A stretch of 64,000 bases of DNA from the human T2T-CHM13v2.0 reference genome, Homo sapiens, in the NCBI RefSeq assembly GCF_009914755.1, contig NC_060933.1; one strand, written 5' to 3'. The translations under genes were made by a program, and so were the position numbers. Positions 32,371-48,946 of this stretch are shown here, in pieces; the first letter of the stretch is position 1, and each line of letters starts with the position of its first letter. The notes beneath the pieces were generated by a model. That model did no database searches. It had not been told where the DNA came from and saw only the letters and a program-made list of their open reading frames with translations.

Positions 32371-33725
32371 CAATTATTTACAACATGTAATCATTATAAT
32401 GCCATACAACCAAGAAAAACCAAATTTTTTTCTTGTGTTCCTTGTGTTTACCTCTATGCCCTGCTTTGTCTCCAATACTACAATTCTGTTCTTTGCATGA
32501 GAAATAAAATCATGTTCTGTCCCTAAGGCCTAAATCCCCTGCTAGAGCCCATTGATTGAAATGCCTAATGCTGTCTCATCATAACTTACCTGAAGCTGGC
32601 AGGTTTGGCATGCACTTAAGTGAATTATGTGAGGTAACAAAGAAGTAGTCCCTCCTCCCTCCTCTTAGAGCTGAAGGGGCTCTACAAGCTGAAGACACAT
32701 AAAAATGGACAAAACATTAGATGTTGTCCAATTCTACCAAAGGCATTACCAGGTCTGGCCTTGCCCTCCATGATTAATGTTTGTTGTATCACGTTCTTTG
32801 GAAGGAAAATAAAACGAGGAAGAATTTTTTCACATTTGATGGGAATGAGTATAATTAAAAAGTGAAATGCTACTGAGTCTGCTAAGAAATCGATCATTTT
32901 AATTGGAAGGAAGATTCCTGGTTTCTGTCAGTAATTGGGCTCTTGGTAATTTAAAGATGGAATTCCTGACAGTTTGTGATAAATTGGCTTCTTTTGGGCT
33001 AAAGAAGGTAAGAAGTTCTAATTACCCCTGGATTATTATTCCAGAGTGGACAGAATCTTGGTCTTGATCCTGATCAAAGAGATTGGAAGAGAGATAGAAA
33101 AGCTAGCAATGAGCAAAGGCTTATTGAATTTATTTTAAGAAGCTAAAGAATAAAATTGTTCATTTGATGTGACAGAAATAAGAGCTTGTGGTATCTGAAA
33201 TCCTAGAGATGTCGATTGGATTTTCTAAGAAAATAGGAAATAAGGCATATTAGAAGAAGTTTATGTTTGCAAAAGTTAGGTTATGCAGAAAGCTCTGCTT
33301 ATTTGTTAGCACACACGAGAATATTAACAAACTTAGACCTCACTTAGGGACAAGTATGGAATTTGTGCTTTGAGTGTTTAAACATATAAGAAATCTGCAT
33401 TAGGTTTAAGGAAGTGTAAAATGTTTTAGTCTAGTGACAAAATAAGTTAATAGGAATATAGGCAGGGCCCTGATTAATGTATCCACTGACCCTGTCTCTG
33501 TGGGTAGCCTGCCTTTGTTTCTATATATATTGCCTAAGAATACCTGAACCTGGGAGGTGTTCCAAGATGGCCTAATGGGGACAGCTCTGGTCTGCTGCTC
33601 CCGGTATGATTGACGCAGAAGACGGGTGATTTCTGCATTTCCAACTGAGGTACTTGGTTCATCTCATTGGGACTGGTTGGACATGGGTGCAGCCCATGGA
33701 GGGCGAGCTGAAGCAGGGCGGGGCG

Positions 33726-33989
33726 TCACCTCACCCGGGAAGTGCAAGAGGTCAGGGGATTTCCCTTTCCTAGCCAAGGGAAGCCATGACAGACTACCTG
33801 GGAAAATGAGACACTCCCCACCCAAATACTGCACTTTTCCCAAGGTCTTAGCAACCAGCAGACAAAGTGATTCTCTCCCATGCCTGGCTCAGTGGGTCCC
33901 ATGCCCACAGAGCCTTGCTCACTGCTAGTGCAGCAGTCTGAGATCAATCTGTGAGGCGGCAGCCTGGCTAGGGGAGGGGCGTCCACCAT
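33726..33989 (-). CDS. L1 ORF0 homologue, open, 87 aa (expression unknown)
   Basis: MVDAPPLARLPPHRLISDCCTSSEQGSVGMGPTEPG... aligns by eye to primate L1 ORF0 (MAGAPPPASLPPCSLISDCCASNQRDSVGVGPSEPG..., recalled); context GCAATGG. Confidence 0.7.
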   Translation of the reverse strand: MVDAPPLARLPPHRLISDCCTSSEQGSVGMGPTEPGMGENHFVCWLLRPWEKCSIWVGSVSFSQVVCHGFPWLGKGNPLTSCTSRVR

Positions 33990-34586
33990 TGCTGAGGCTT
34001 GAGTAGGTAAAAATGTGGCCAGGAAGCTCAAACTGGGCGGAGATCACCGCAGCTCAACAAGGCCTACTGCCTCTAGACTCCACCTCCATGGGCAGGGCAT
34101 AGCTGAACAAAAGGCAGCAGACAACTTCTGCAGACTTAAACATCCCTGTCTGACAGCTCTAAAGAGAGCAGTGGCTCTCCCAGCACAGCATTTGAGCTCT
34201 GAGAACAGACAGACTGCCTCCTCAAGTGGGTCCCTGAACCCTGTGTAGCCTAACAGGGAGACACCTCCCAGTAGGGAACAACAGACACCTCATATAGGTG
34301 GCTCCCCCTCTGGGATGAAGCTTCCAGAGGAAGGATCAGGCAGCAATATTTGCTCTCTGCAATATTTGCTGTTCTGCAGCCTCCGCTGGTGATACCCAGG
34401 CAAACAGGGTCTGGAGTGGAACTCAAGCAAACTCCAACAGACCTGCAGCTGAGGGACCTGACTGTTAGAAGGGAAACTAACAAACAGAAAGGAATAGCAT
34501 CAACATCAACAAAAAGGTCATCTGCACCAAAAACCGATCTGTAGGTCACCAACATCAAAGACCAAAGGTAGATAAAAATCACAAAG

Positions 34587-35930
<1,344 letters not shown>

Positions 35931-35993
35931 AGACCATCAATGCTATGAAGAAACCTCATCAATTAATGGGCAAAATAACCAGTGAACATCATA

Positions 35994-38900
35994 ATGACAG
36001 GATCAAATTCACAAATAACAATATTAACTTTAAATGTAACTCGGCTAAATGCCCCAATTAAAAGACACAGACTGGCAAATTGGATAAAGAGTCAAGACCC
36101 ATCTCATGTGCAAAGACGCACATAGGCTCAAAAATAAAGGGATGGAGGAAGACCTACCAAGCAAATGGAAAGCAAAAAGAAGCAGGTTGCAATCCTAGTC
36201 TCTGATAAAACAGACTTTAAACCAACAAAGATCAAAAGAGACAAAGAAGGCCATTACATAATGGTAAAGGGATCAATTCAACAAGAAGAGCTAACTATCA
36301 TAAATATATATATACCCAATACAGGAGCACCCAGATTCTTAAAGCAAGTCCTTAGGGAACTACACAAAGACTTAGAATCCAACACAATAATAATGGGAGA
36401 CTTTAACACCCCACTGTCAATATTAGACAGATCAGCGAGACAGAAGGTTAACAAAGATATTCAGGACCTGAACTCAGCTCTGCAACAAGCAGACCTAACA
36501 GACATCTATAGAGTTCCCCTCTCCAAATCAACAGAATATACATTCTTCTCAGCACCACATTGCACTTATTCTAAAATTGACCACATAATTGGAAGTAAAG
36601 CACTCATCAGCAAATGTAAAAGAACAGAAATGACAACAAACTGTCCCTCAGACCACAGTGCAATCAAATTAGAACTCAGGATTAAGAAACTCACTAAAAA
36701 CCGCACAACTACATGGAAACTGAAAAACTTACTCCTGAATGACTACTGGGTAAATAACGAAATGAAGGCAGAAATAAAGGTGTCCTTTGAAACCAATGAG
36801 AACAAAGACACAACGTACCAGAATCTCTGGGACACATTTAAAGCAGTGTGTAGAGGGAAATTTATAGCACTAAATGCCCACAAGAGAAAGCAGGAAAGAT
36901 CTGAAATCAACACCTTAACATCACAATTAAAAGAACTAGAGAAGCAAGAGCAAACAAATTCAAAAGATAGCAGAAGGCAAGAAATAACTAAAATCAGAGC
37001 AGAACTGAAGGAGATAGAGACACAAAAAGCCCTTCAAAAAAATCAATGAATCCAGGAGCTGGTTTTTTGAAAAGATCAACAAAACTGATAGACAGCTAGC
37101 AAGATTAATAAGGAAGAAAAGAGAGAAGAATCAAATAGATGCAGTAAAAAATGATAAAGGGCATATCACCACCGATCCCACAGAAATACAAACTACCATC
37201 AGAGAATACTATAAACACCTCTACGCAAATAAACTAGAAAATCTAGAAGAAATGGATAAATTCCTGGACACATATACTCTCCCAAGACTAAACCAGGAAG
37301 AAGTTGAATCTCTGAATAGAGGAATAACAGGCTCTGAAACTGAGGCAATAATTAATAGCCTACCAACCAAAAAAAGTCCAGGGCTAGATGGATTCACAGC
37401 TGAATTCTACCAGAGGTACAAAGAGGAGCTGGTACTATTCCTTCTGAAACTATTCCAATCAAGAGTAAAAGAGGGAATCCTCCCTAACTCATTTTATGAG
37501 GCCAACATCATCCTGATACCAAAGCCTACCTAGAGACACAACAACAAAAAAAAAAGAGGGAATTTTAGACCAATATCCCTGATGACCATCAATGCAAAAA
37601 TCCTCAATAAAATACTGGTAAACTGAATCCAGCAGCACATCAAAAGGCTTATCGATGACGATCAAGTTGGCTTCATCCCTGGAATGCAAGGCTGGTTCAA
37701 CACATGCAAATCAATAAACGTAATCCATCACATAAACAGAACCAATGACAAAAACCACATAATTATCTCACTAGAGGCAGAAAAGGGCTTTGCCAAAATT
37801 CAACAGCTTTTCATGCTAAAAACTCTCAATAAATTAGGTATTGATGGAACATGTCTCAAAATAATAAGAGCTATTTATGACAAGCCCACAGCCAATATCA
37901 TACTGAATGGGCAAGGGGAAGCATTCCCTTTGAAAACTGGCACAAGACAAGGATGCCTTCTCTCACCACTCCTATTCAATCTAGTGTTGGAAGTTCTGGC
38001 CAGGGCAATCAGGTAAGAGAAAGAAATAAAGGATATTCAATTAGGAAATGAGGAAGTCAAATTGTCCCTGTTTGCAGATGACATGACTGTATATTTAGAA
38101 AACCCCATTGTCTCAGCCCAAAATCTCCTTAAGCTGATAAGCAACTTCAGCAGTCTCAAGATAGAAAATCAATGTGCAAAAATCACAAGCATTCCTATAC
38201 ACCATTAACAGACAGAGAGCCAAATCATGAGTGAACTCCCATTCACAATTACTACAAAGAAAATAAAATACCTAGGAATCCAACTTACAAGGGATGTGAA
38301 GGACCTCTTCAAGGAGAACTACAAACCACTGCTCAATGAAATAAAAGAGGACACAAACAAATAGAAGAATATTCCATGCTCATGGATAGGAAGAATCGAT
38401 ATCATGAAAATGGCCATACTGCCCAAAGTAATTTATAGATTCAATGCCATCCCCATCAAGATACCAATGACTTTCTTCACAGAATTGGAAAAATCTACTT
38501 TAAAATTCATATGGAACCAAAAAAGATCCCGCATTGCCGAGACAATCCTAAGCAAAAAGAACAAAGCTGGAGGCATCATACTACCTGACTTCAAACTATA
38601 CTACAAGGCTACAGTAACCAAAACAGCATGGTACTGGTACCAAAACAGATATATAGACCAATGGAACAGAACAGAGGTCTCAGAAATAATGCCACACGTC
38701 TACAATCATCTGATCTTTGACAAACCTGACAAAAACAAGCAATGGGGAAACGATTCTCTATTTAATAAATGTTGCTGGGAAAACTGGCTAGCCATATGTA
38801 GAAAGCTGAAACTGGATCCCTTCCTTACACATTATACAAAAATTAATTCAAGATGGATTAAAGACTTAAACGTTAGACCTAAAACCATAAAAACCCTAGA

Positions 38901-39793
38901 AGAAAACCTAGGCAATACCATTCAGGACATAGGCATGGGAAAAGACTTTATGACTAAAACACCAAAAGCAATGGCAACAAAAACCAAAATAGACAAATGG
39001 TATCTAATTAAACTAAAGAGTTTCTGCACAGCAAAAGAAACTACCATCAGAGTGAACAGGCAACCTACAGAATGGGAGAAAATTTTTGCAATCTACTCAT
39101 CTGACAAAGGGCTAATATCCAGAATCTACAAAGAACTCAGACAAATTTACAAGAAAAAAACAAACAACCCCATCAAAAAGTGGGCAAAGGATATGAACAG
39201 ACACTTCTCAAAAGAAGACATCTATGTAGCCAACAGACACATGAAAAATGCTCATCATCACTGGTCATCAGAGAAATGCAAATCAAAACCACAATGAGAT
39301 ACCATCTCACGCTAGTAGAATGGCAATCATTAAAAAGTCAGGAAACAACAGGTGCTGGAGAGGATGTGGAGAAATAAGAATGCTTTTACACTGTTGGTGG
39401 GAGTGTAAATTAGTTCAACCATTGTGGAAGACAGTGTGGCAATTCCTCAAGGATCTAGAACTAGAATTACCATTTGACCCAGCGATCCCATTACTGGGTA
39501 TATACCCAAGTGACTATAAATCATGCTACTATAAAGACACATGCACATGTATGTTTACTGCAGCACTATTCACAATAGCAAAGACTTGGAACCAACCCAA
39601 ATGTTCATCAATGATAGACTGGATAAAGAAAATGTGGCACTTATACACCATGAATTACTATGTAGCCATAAAAAAGGATGAGTTCATGTACTTTGCAGGG
39701 ACGTGGATGAAACTGGAAACTGTCATTCTCAGCAATCTATCACAAGGACAGAAAACCAAACACCGCATGTTCTCACTCCTAGGTGGGAATTGA
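35994..39793 (+). pseudogene. Disrupted L1 ORF2 (EN/RT)
   Basis: ORF fragments 36165-37049, 37252-37533, 37684-38016, 38404-39297 and 39248-39793, separated by stops and frameshifts. Confidence 0.95.
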
Positions 39794-40631
39794 ACAATGA
39801 GATCACTTGGACACATAGTGGGGAACATCACACACCAGGGCCTGTCATGGGGTGGGAGGCTGGGGGAGGGATAGCATTATGAGAAATACCTAATGAAAAT
39901 GATGAGTCGATGAGTGCAGGAAACCAACATGGCACATGTATACCTATGTATCAAACCTGCACGTTGTGAACATGTACCCTAGAACTTAAAGTATAATAAT
40001 TAAAAAAAATTGTTTTTTAAAAAAGAATACCTTAACCTGAGGAATAGGTTGGATTTTAGGTTGATGCACTGGGTTATCAACTTATGCACTCGGTTATCAA
40101 CTTATTTTGAATGGTGTGTATATTACATATTTGCAGCTATCTATCTGTATCTCTATATGTTATACAGATAAAATTTCAAACTTAGAGAAAATTTGCAAGA
40201 TTAGTGCAAATACCTCTTATTCTTTACTTCACCCATATTCACCAATTATTAACATTTAGCTTCACTGCCTTTGGCATTTACTCTTTTCATATATACATAT
40301 TTTTTTCCTGAACTGTTTAAGGATAAGTTGAAGACATTGTGCCCTTTTATCTCTAAATAGTGTTTATTTCCTAAGAACAAGGACATTCTCCTACATAATT
40401 ACAGCACAATTATCTAAATCAGAAATTTAACATTGATACATTTAACTAATCTACAGGCCATATTCAAAGTTAGCCAATTATCCCAGTAACATCTTTTGTA
40501 GCTATTTTGTGAGCTCAGTATGCAGTTCACAGTCATGCATTGCACTTACCTCTCATGTCTCTTAATCTAAATATGAACTAGTTCATCGGCTTCTTCACTC
40601 TTCATTTTATTGACGATTTTTGAAACGTATA

Positions 40632-40983
40632 GGCCAGGCTGGGCACAGTGGCTCACGCCTGTAATCCCAGCATCCCAGCACTTTGGGAGGCCAAGGTGGG
40701 AGGATTCCTTAAGCCCAGGAGTTTGAGACTGGCTTGGGCAACATAATGAGATCCCATCTCTCAAAAAAAAAAAAAAAAAAAAAAATTAGCTGGGCTTAGG
40801 GGTGCTGTGTGCCCATAGTCCCAGCTACTCTGGAGGCTGAGGTTGGAGGATCACTTGAGCCCAGGAGGTTGGGGCTGCATATTGCTCCACTGCACTCCAG
40901 CCTGGGTGACAGAGTGAGACTCTGTCTTAAAAAAAAAAAAAAAGAAAAAGAAAGAAAAGAAAAAAAGAAGAAAAGAAAAGAAA
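40632..40983 (+). mobile_element. Alu (AluJ-like) with expanded middle A tract, inside an old antisense L1M fragment (~40170-41270)
   Basis: J-type diagnostics; gtataggc on both flanks. Confidence 0.88.
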
Positions 40984-43455
40984 GTATAGGCAAGTTGTGG
41001 CATCTCTCAGTTCGGGTTTGTTCAAATTTAGTTCTTCATGACTGTTTCAGGTTAAGCATTTTTGGCAGGGTTACCATGGAAGTGATACTGTGTCCTCCTC
41101 AGTGCATCCTGGGAGGAGGCACCTGATGTTGGTTCGTCTTATCGGTGATATAGTCGCTGGTGTCTTGGTTCATGTGGTGTCCACGAGGTTTCTCCACTAT
41201 CAAGCTATTACTTGTCTCTTTGTAGTTAATAAGTGATTATAAGGAGATGTTTTAAGACTCTAAATATCCTGAGAGTCACCAAACAAATTGCATAGACGTT
41301 CCACAAAAAGGATAATACAAGAGGAATTATTTGATGGGAAAGGTGAAGTGATTTATTACTGCTTTTCTACCAGTATTTCTTGCAACCTATTCTTCCTCCT
41401 CCCAAAAAAAACACCTTAAAGTATAAGCAAAAGTGTGCAAAAGATACACTGGGAAGTCAAAAATCAGTAGTAGTAGGACATATATTCCAGCAACCCTGAG
41501 AGTAACAAATGCATTTGAGAATATAAATAGTCTGGGCAAGTGTGCTTTTTGGTGAACCAGGAAAGGAGGAAAAGAATTCCCTGATCAAAATATAGGGACT
41601 CAACTTGTAGAATTTTCATTCCCCGTCTGGTCAAGTTTGTTTATCTCTCAGTATTTTCAGAAGTGCAGCCCTTTGGCAACAAATACCTTTAATCGAATAG
41701 CCAGATCATGAGCCATACAGCCTGATTATACTTTGAAAGATATCATATAACAGCCTAAAGTTAAAGCTGCCTCTGATGGCTCTGGCTCAGCAGAATAGTC
41801 CCCAATAGAATAATAAAATCTTGGCTTCCATCTAGCCGGGTAAAAAGCCCAAGGCATCTTAAATGCCTGAGAAACGAGACTTGAAGTTGAAATCTAAGAA
41901 TTTACAGGTCATTTGGGGGGAGAAAAAAAAAAGATTATCTTATCCAGCAGAGTGAACATCAGATAGAGCCGAATCATTCCTTTCTGCTCCCTTCCCCAAG
42001 TTTAAAAGCCTAGTTTCTTGAGGTTGAAAGTCCAGGGCTGAAGCAGAAATATATTCAGGAGTTATTGGGAAACGACAGGTGAGCAGGTTAATCTCAGGTA
42101 GCAAACATTCTGCTATAAAATACACAGGGAAACACTTTAGGATTTCAGATGCATTTAAATCTAGGGCAATGTTACACACTTTCTAAGGAAATAGGTTCAA
42201 ATTAAGGCTTCAGCTGTCACCCCCTCTATTAAGCCACCCCAAATTCTCCCGGCTGCACATTATACAACAGATACAGTAGTTACTCAGCATCTTCCACGAG
42301 CAGGGTTCTTGTGGATACAGGGACAAACAAAACAATGAATGTTTTGTATCAATTAGGATTTGATGTTCACAATAAATAGAAAACTTGATCCAAACTACCA
42401 AAAGCCAAAAAAGAAGAAAAATTGTTGATTGATATAATCTGCTCTTGCAGTCAACGATCCAGTCCCACAAGAGCAAGAACTCACTCTCTAGAGAGACTGA
42501 ATTAATCCCTCATGAGGGTGGATCCTTCAAGCCTCAAATGCCTCTTTTCCAGTTTGTCCCTGGATCTAAACAAACAAACAAACAAACCAAAAAGATCCCA
42601 CCACCTCTCAACACGTTTACATTGGCAATTAAATTTCAGCATGAATTTTGCAAAGACACACCATATCTAAATCAGAACTCAGGGCCAGCCCCAGGTATGG
42701 TTCGCTCCAAAGGGCCTGCTTTTTTAGGGCTCAGTGACTTTGCCCTTCTTCATGTCTTGTTTTATTCTAATCACAGGGCACAGACATTCCTGACATTGCC
42801 TCTTCATATGAGGTTGCCCAGGTGACAAAAACGGGTATCTCAGCCTCCCCAGTGATGGTGTCAAGGCTTGTTCTGATTGGACCATCTTAGGTCAGATTCT
42901 CATTTCTAAACCAACGAGGAAGGGCTATGCTAATTGGCAGAAATAAAAATCAGGGCCCACCTTGGAGCTGGGTGTGGAGTCAAGCACACCTAAACCAAAT
43001 GGAAGCCTGGGTAGTTCGCCAAATAAACTCTGCTTTCTTTTGCCCTCTTAGAGCTTACAGCCTAGCTGGAGAGCCAGACATTAACAAGTAAACAATTGGA
43101 TGTAAAATATGAAGTGAAGCAACACAGAGCTGTGAGACTGTATGTCAGAGGGGCACCATCCAAACTGGGATGTGGGAGGTAACATCTGAGCTCAGATCTG
43201 AACGGTAGAGCAGGAGTTAATTTTTTTGAAAAGCGATTAAGGAGAGATGAGCAATTTGGGCATCTTTGAAAGGACATTTTTCATTTGACTTTCTCTTAAG
43301 AGAGTTGGTATGTGATACTCAAAATGTACAAGCAATATGGTACCCTCCAGAGGCTGACGTTCTTGCAAGTGGCCACAGGAAGAAGCACTCTCATATATTG
43401 TTGATGGGAATACAAAAAGGTATAACTCCGATGAAAGGCAATTTGGCAATATCTT

Positions 43456-45020
<1,565 letters not shown>

Positions 45021-45619
45021 TCAAACAGAGGAAATGGTTCAACAAACTATGGTACATTCACAAAATGAAATATTAACACCTTGCAACTGTAAGATGGTCC
45101 ATTCACTGGAATAGGGGACACAGGAAGAAGTGGGTATTGTGCATCATTCGCCTGTTTGATTCAGATGCACTTCCTGGCTTTCCACTGCTCTGTTCAGTGT
45201 CACAGGGGGCTGGCCCTGAAAATGTCACCTTCCAGAGCTCTTTGTCAACTCTTCCAGGTAGGTTCAGCCAATGGAAAGCATTGGCAGGAGGCTGGAGAAC
45301 AGGAGCAAGAGAGAAGCCAGAGTGTTTCTTCCTCTCTGTCTACTCAGGCTGTTCCAGTAGCTGCAGCTGTGGCAGGGCTACTGGCTGCTCTGTCTCTGGA
45401 GTCCCTACCCTCACCGGGCAGCTCTGTGCTAAGGCTGTGGCCACACCATCTCCTTCATTCACCCCCAGCCATGGGGTGGCTGTGGCTTCCAGCTGTTGTG
45501 ACTCTTTGGGCTGTTTTGACCTCCCGTTTGGCCTTTTGGCTTTTCCATCATCAGGTGAAATATGCTTCGTTGAATGACCTTTCGTGGGCTGTTTTTCTGA
45601 CCAAACATTGACTAATGTG

Positions 45620-46120
45620 GGTGAGTTAAGTTTCAAGTGTCCATATGAGACATTCAAAGGGAGATATTTCACAGGAAGTCATATATAGAGGTCTAAAGCT
45701 GTGGAGAGTGGTCTTGGAGGGAGACAGATTTCAGCCAGGGGAGTCGGAGGAATCCTCCAGGAAGACAGCCAAGGAAGAGAGCAGAGGACCTGACACAGAA
45801 CCCGAGAAACACCAAAAGGAAAGAGAAGCTCAGAAGAAGACCGAGAGGGCATGGTGTGAGGGAGAAAACCATTAGGAGGGTGGTGGCACAGAAACCCAGG
45901 AAAGAGCTATTTTCAAGCTAGAGGCATCATTTAAGAGGTTCAACTCTGCTTGGAGGTCACAAAAGATAAGGATTGAGACATAGTGCTTTGGATTTGTCAA
46001 CAAACAAATCATCATGGGCTTCAAGGAGAGCAGTTCCTGTAGAATATTGGGGCAGAAACCAGACTGCAGTGGACTGAAGGGGAGAGGGGAGGGGAGCAAC
46101 AGGAGGCAGGTGGAGAAACC
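45620..46120 (+). mobile_element. L2 remnant (purine-rich)
   Basis: gttaagtttcaagtgtccatatgagacattc and gggcagaaaccagactgcagtggactgaag L2-like motifs. Confidence 0.6.
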
Positions 46121-47151
46121 CAGTGGTGGAGGGAAATACTAGAGGACTGGACAGAGGGACGCCAAGGACAGAGGAGAGGGAGGGCATTTCCCGCAGGGTA
46201 GAGCCTGTGGCTATTTCAATGTGGGCGGGAAGGAGTCGAGTCAGTAGAGAAGGAAAGTGTAGGATGTAGGAAGAGAAGATGGCCTGCTGAGCCCACGGGA
46301 CACTGGGCTCATGTCTTCTCTAGGATGTCACTAAGTGGACATTCCCTTTCTCTAGTTTTCCACAGGCTCTCTGGAGGGTGCCCCTTGACTCCTTGGGTCG
46401 GCAGCCCTTGATTCATTTGCCTTTCTTTCTCTTCTCTTTCAGTACATCGAAGTCATATGCTATGGGAAGGTTAGATTCTTTTGCAGAAAAATTAATTAGT
46501 ATTATTATATTTTTTCAGAAACGGGGTTTTGCTATATTGTTCAAGCTGGTCTTGAGCTTGTGAGCTCAAGAGACCCTCTTGCTTTGGCTTCCCGAGTAGC
46601 TGGGACTATAGGCACGTGCCACAGTGCCCAGTGATAAATTTTTTTTAATTGACAAATAATAATTGTACATATTCATGGGGTACATGGTGATATTTTGGTA
46701 CATATGATGTACAGTGATCAGATCAGTGTAATTAGCATATCCATCATCTCAAACATTTATCATTTCTTTGTGCTGGGACCGTTCAATATTCTTCTGGCTA
46801 TTTGAAACTATATATCATCCTTAACTATAGTCATCCTACACTAGTATTGAACATTAGGACTTATGCTTCCTGTCTAGCTGTAATTTTGTAGCCTTTAACA
46901 AATCTCTCCTTATCCTTCCCTTCCCACTATGGGAAGGTTAGGCTCTTGAATCAGTATATCAGACCAAAAAAATTCCATTGATAATGGTTAATTATTTTTG
47001 AAAAATTCCCTAGGCCTATACCATTTGGGAGACCTACATGATTGTTTCTCAAAGAGCCGAAGTAGTCCATTTTTCTCCTCTCATTAGGAGAGATTGCTGT
47101 TTCTTTGAGAACCAGATGAAGGGGTCGCTTGCCCTTAGGAATATTTTTGCT

Positions 47152-47626
47152 TGTGTAGAGCAGGCAAAACTCTACCTGTATACTCTTAGGGTCATGGCTG
47201 GGCTTGAGAACTAAATTGACAGAAGAACAGGAGAAAAGCATTTCAGTTTTATGTGACATGGGAGCCCTTACAAAGAAATGAGGCCCCAAAGAAGTGGCAA
47301 AACCCACATGCTTTTATATTAGGTTGAACAAAGAGAGGCAGTTATAGAAAAGTAACTAAATTATATGGGGAGGCCAAAAGAAGATAAGAATTATTTGAAC
47401 AAGGTCTGTGCGTACAGAAATCTCCTGGCCATGGCTCCCCATCGAAGAATGTTTCTTTTCCCCTGGCACATCTTTCACGCTTGAGTTTTTATCTTCTGTT
47501 TTTAGGAAGAAATGGGAAGATTAGGATGTTCTTCTTGCATCTGCTATTTTTAAAGTACCTTTTGCTCAAAATAATTCTTATACCAGTGTGGTATATTTTG
47601 GGATGCATATTCTGTCAACCTTCACT
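47152..47626. mobile_element. ERV1-type solo LTR-like element (subfamily uncertain)
   Basis: TG...CA-bounded ~470-bp block with ttttatgtgacatgggagcc and gctcaaaataattcttatacca..gtggtatattttggg motifs seen in MER4-group LTRs. Confidence 0.5.
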
Positions 47627-48946
47627 TGAAAAATGCAAAAAGCAAGATGCTTCTGGAATGAGAGGCTCCCGAGGACCGGGACTTCTTGAGAGAACAGCAG
47701 ATTGACACTCCCCATTTCCCTCTGACTCTATGCTCTGAACTCATTGAGCAGATTGGTGAGTGAAATCATGGACATGGTTTCAATGATCATTTTCTCTCTT
47801 TTTAATTCAGAACAAATTTAATTGAGTTTATATAAGATATATAAATTAAATATCCATATTATGGGGCTTGTCTGTATCCTCATGATCGCCCTTCTCTTGT
47901 TCTTTTCCTACGTCCACCTCCTCTGGGCCTTCAGAACTCAACCCCATGTCATCAGTCCACCCAGCTGCTCCACGGAACGTGTCTTCCTCCTTCTCATCTG
48001 GTTGTTGGTGACAACCTGTTTTTCTCCCTGACTTGTGGTGGTCTCATCCCTCCCTGGTGGCTGTAAGCCCAGGGAGATGGACTTTGAGCAAGTGGCTGTC
48101 AACTCCATGGATAGGTGGAAGTGATGAAGACGCCCAAGTGAGCCAACCCTGAGTCATTTATACTGATGGGCATCATGGAGGATGGAAAAATTAACAGCCA
48201 CACAGAGCCTCAGAGGTGTAGAGACACATATGCTGGGATCCACATGTTACACACCCAACCTTGCCCTTTGCGGTTCTCTGTTTTGATTCCAGTCAGCTTT
48301 CTGTCCTTTCATTTCTTAGGAAGGTCAGTACCAGCCCAGGGATAGTCCCCTGATTCTTCCTACTGCCAAGCCCTAGTTAAACTTCATATCCACTTCCTTG
48401 GGTTGCCCTGTCAATCAGTTTAACATGGGGAGTGACTTCCTGCCCTAGGCTACCTTTCTGGCATCCTTCTTTATGGATGATCTTAATGCTGTGTTTTCTT
48501 CCAAATATGTACAACTCATATAATGCATGTGTGATCAAAATTATACAAAGAACTAAACATATACTTCCCATTATATTCTAGAGGCACCAGTTGGTGTTAA
48601 ATTAGCTTGTTTCTTCACTGCTCTTATTCTTTGGACTGTTTTTTCATCCAAGTCTGTTTTTCTTCAGATGATTGTCTGAAGAAAATTTATATATATTTAT
48701 ATAATATACATAATTACTATAAATATATAAAAGTATATATTTATATAAATATAGAAAAATTTTTTGAGTTTGGTTAGATCATTATATTTTACCCTCAATT
48801 TCAATTTACCATTACTCTCTAATAATCATTGAAGTGCTATTTTTGATATGTTCATACAGGGATTCACAATAACAAAAATGCTTTTGAAAAATAGTCTGTT
48901 TGCAGAGGAGCTCATACAGCATATTCACATACAAGAGTGAATTCTT

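Noticed and set aside
36165-39793. EN/RT-like ORFs as an active retroelement or a novel RT system
   Set aside because: Ordinary L1 ORF2 broken by several stops and frameshifts and an endonuclease active-site deletion
48680-48765. AT-rich quasi-palindromic stretch (similar ones at 21335-21382 and 22826-22905)
   Set aside because: Short low-complexity (TA)-type sequence with no long perfect dyad
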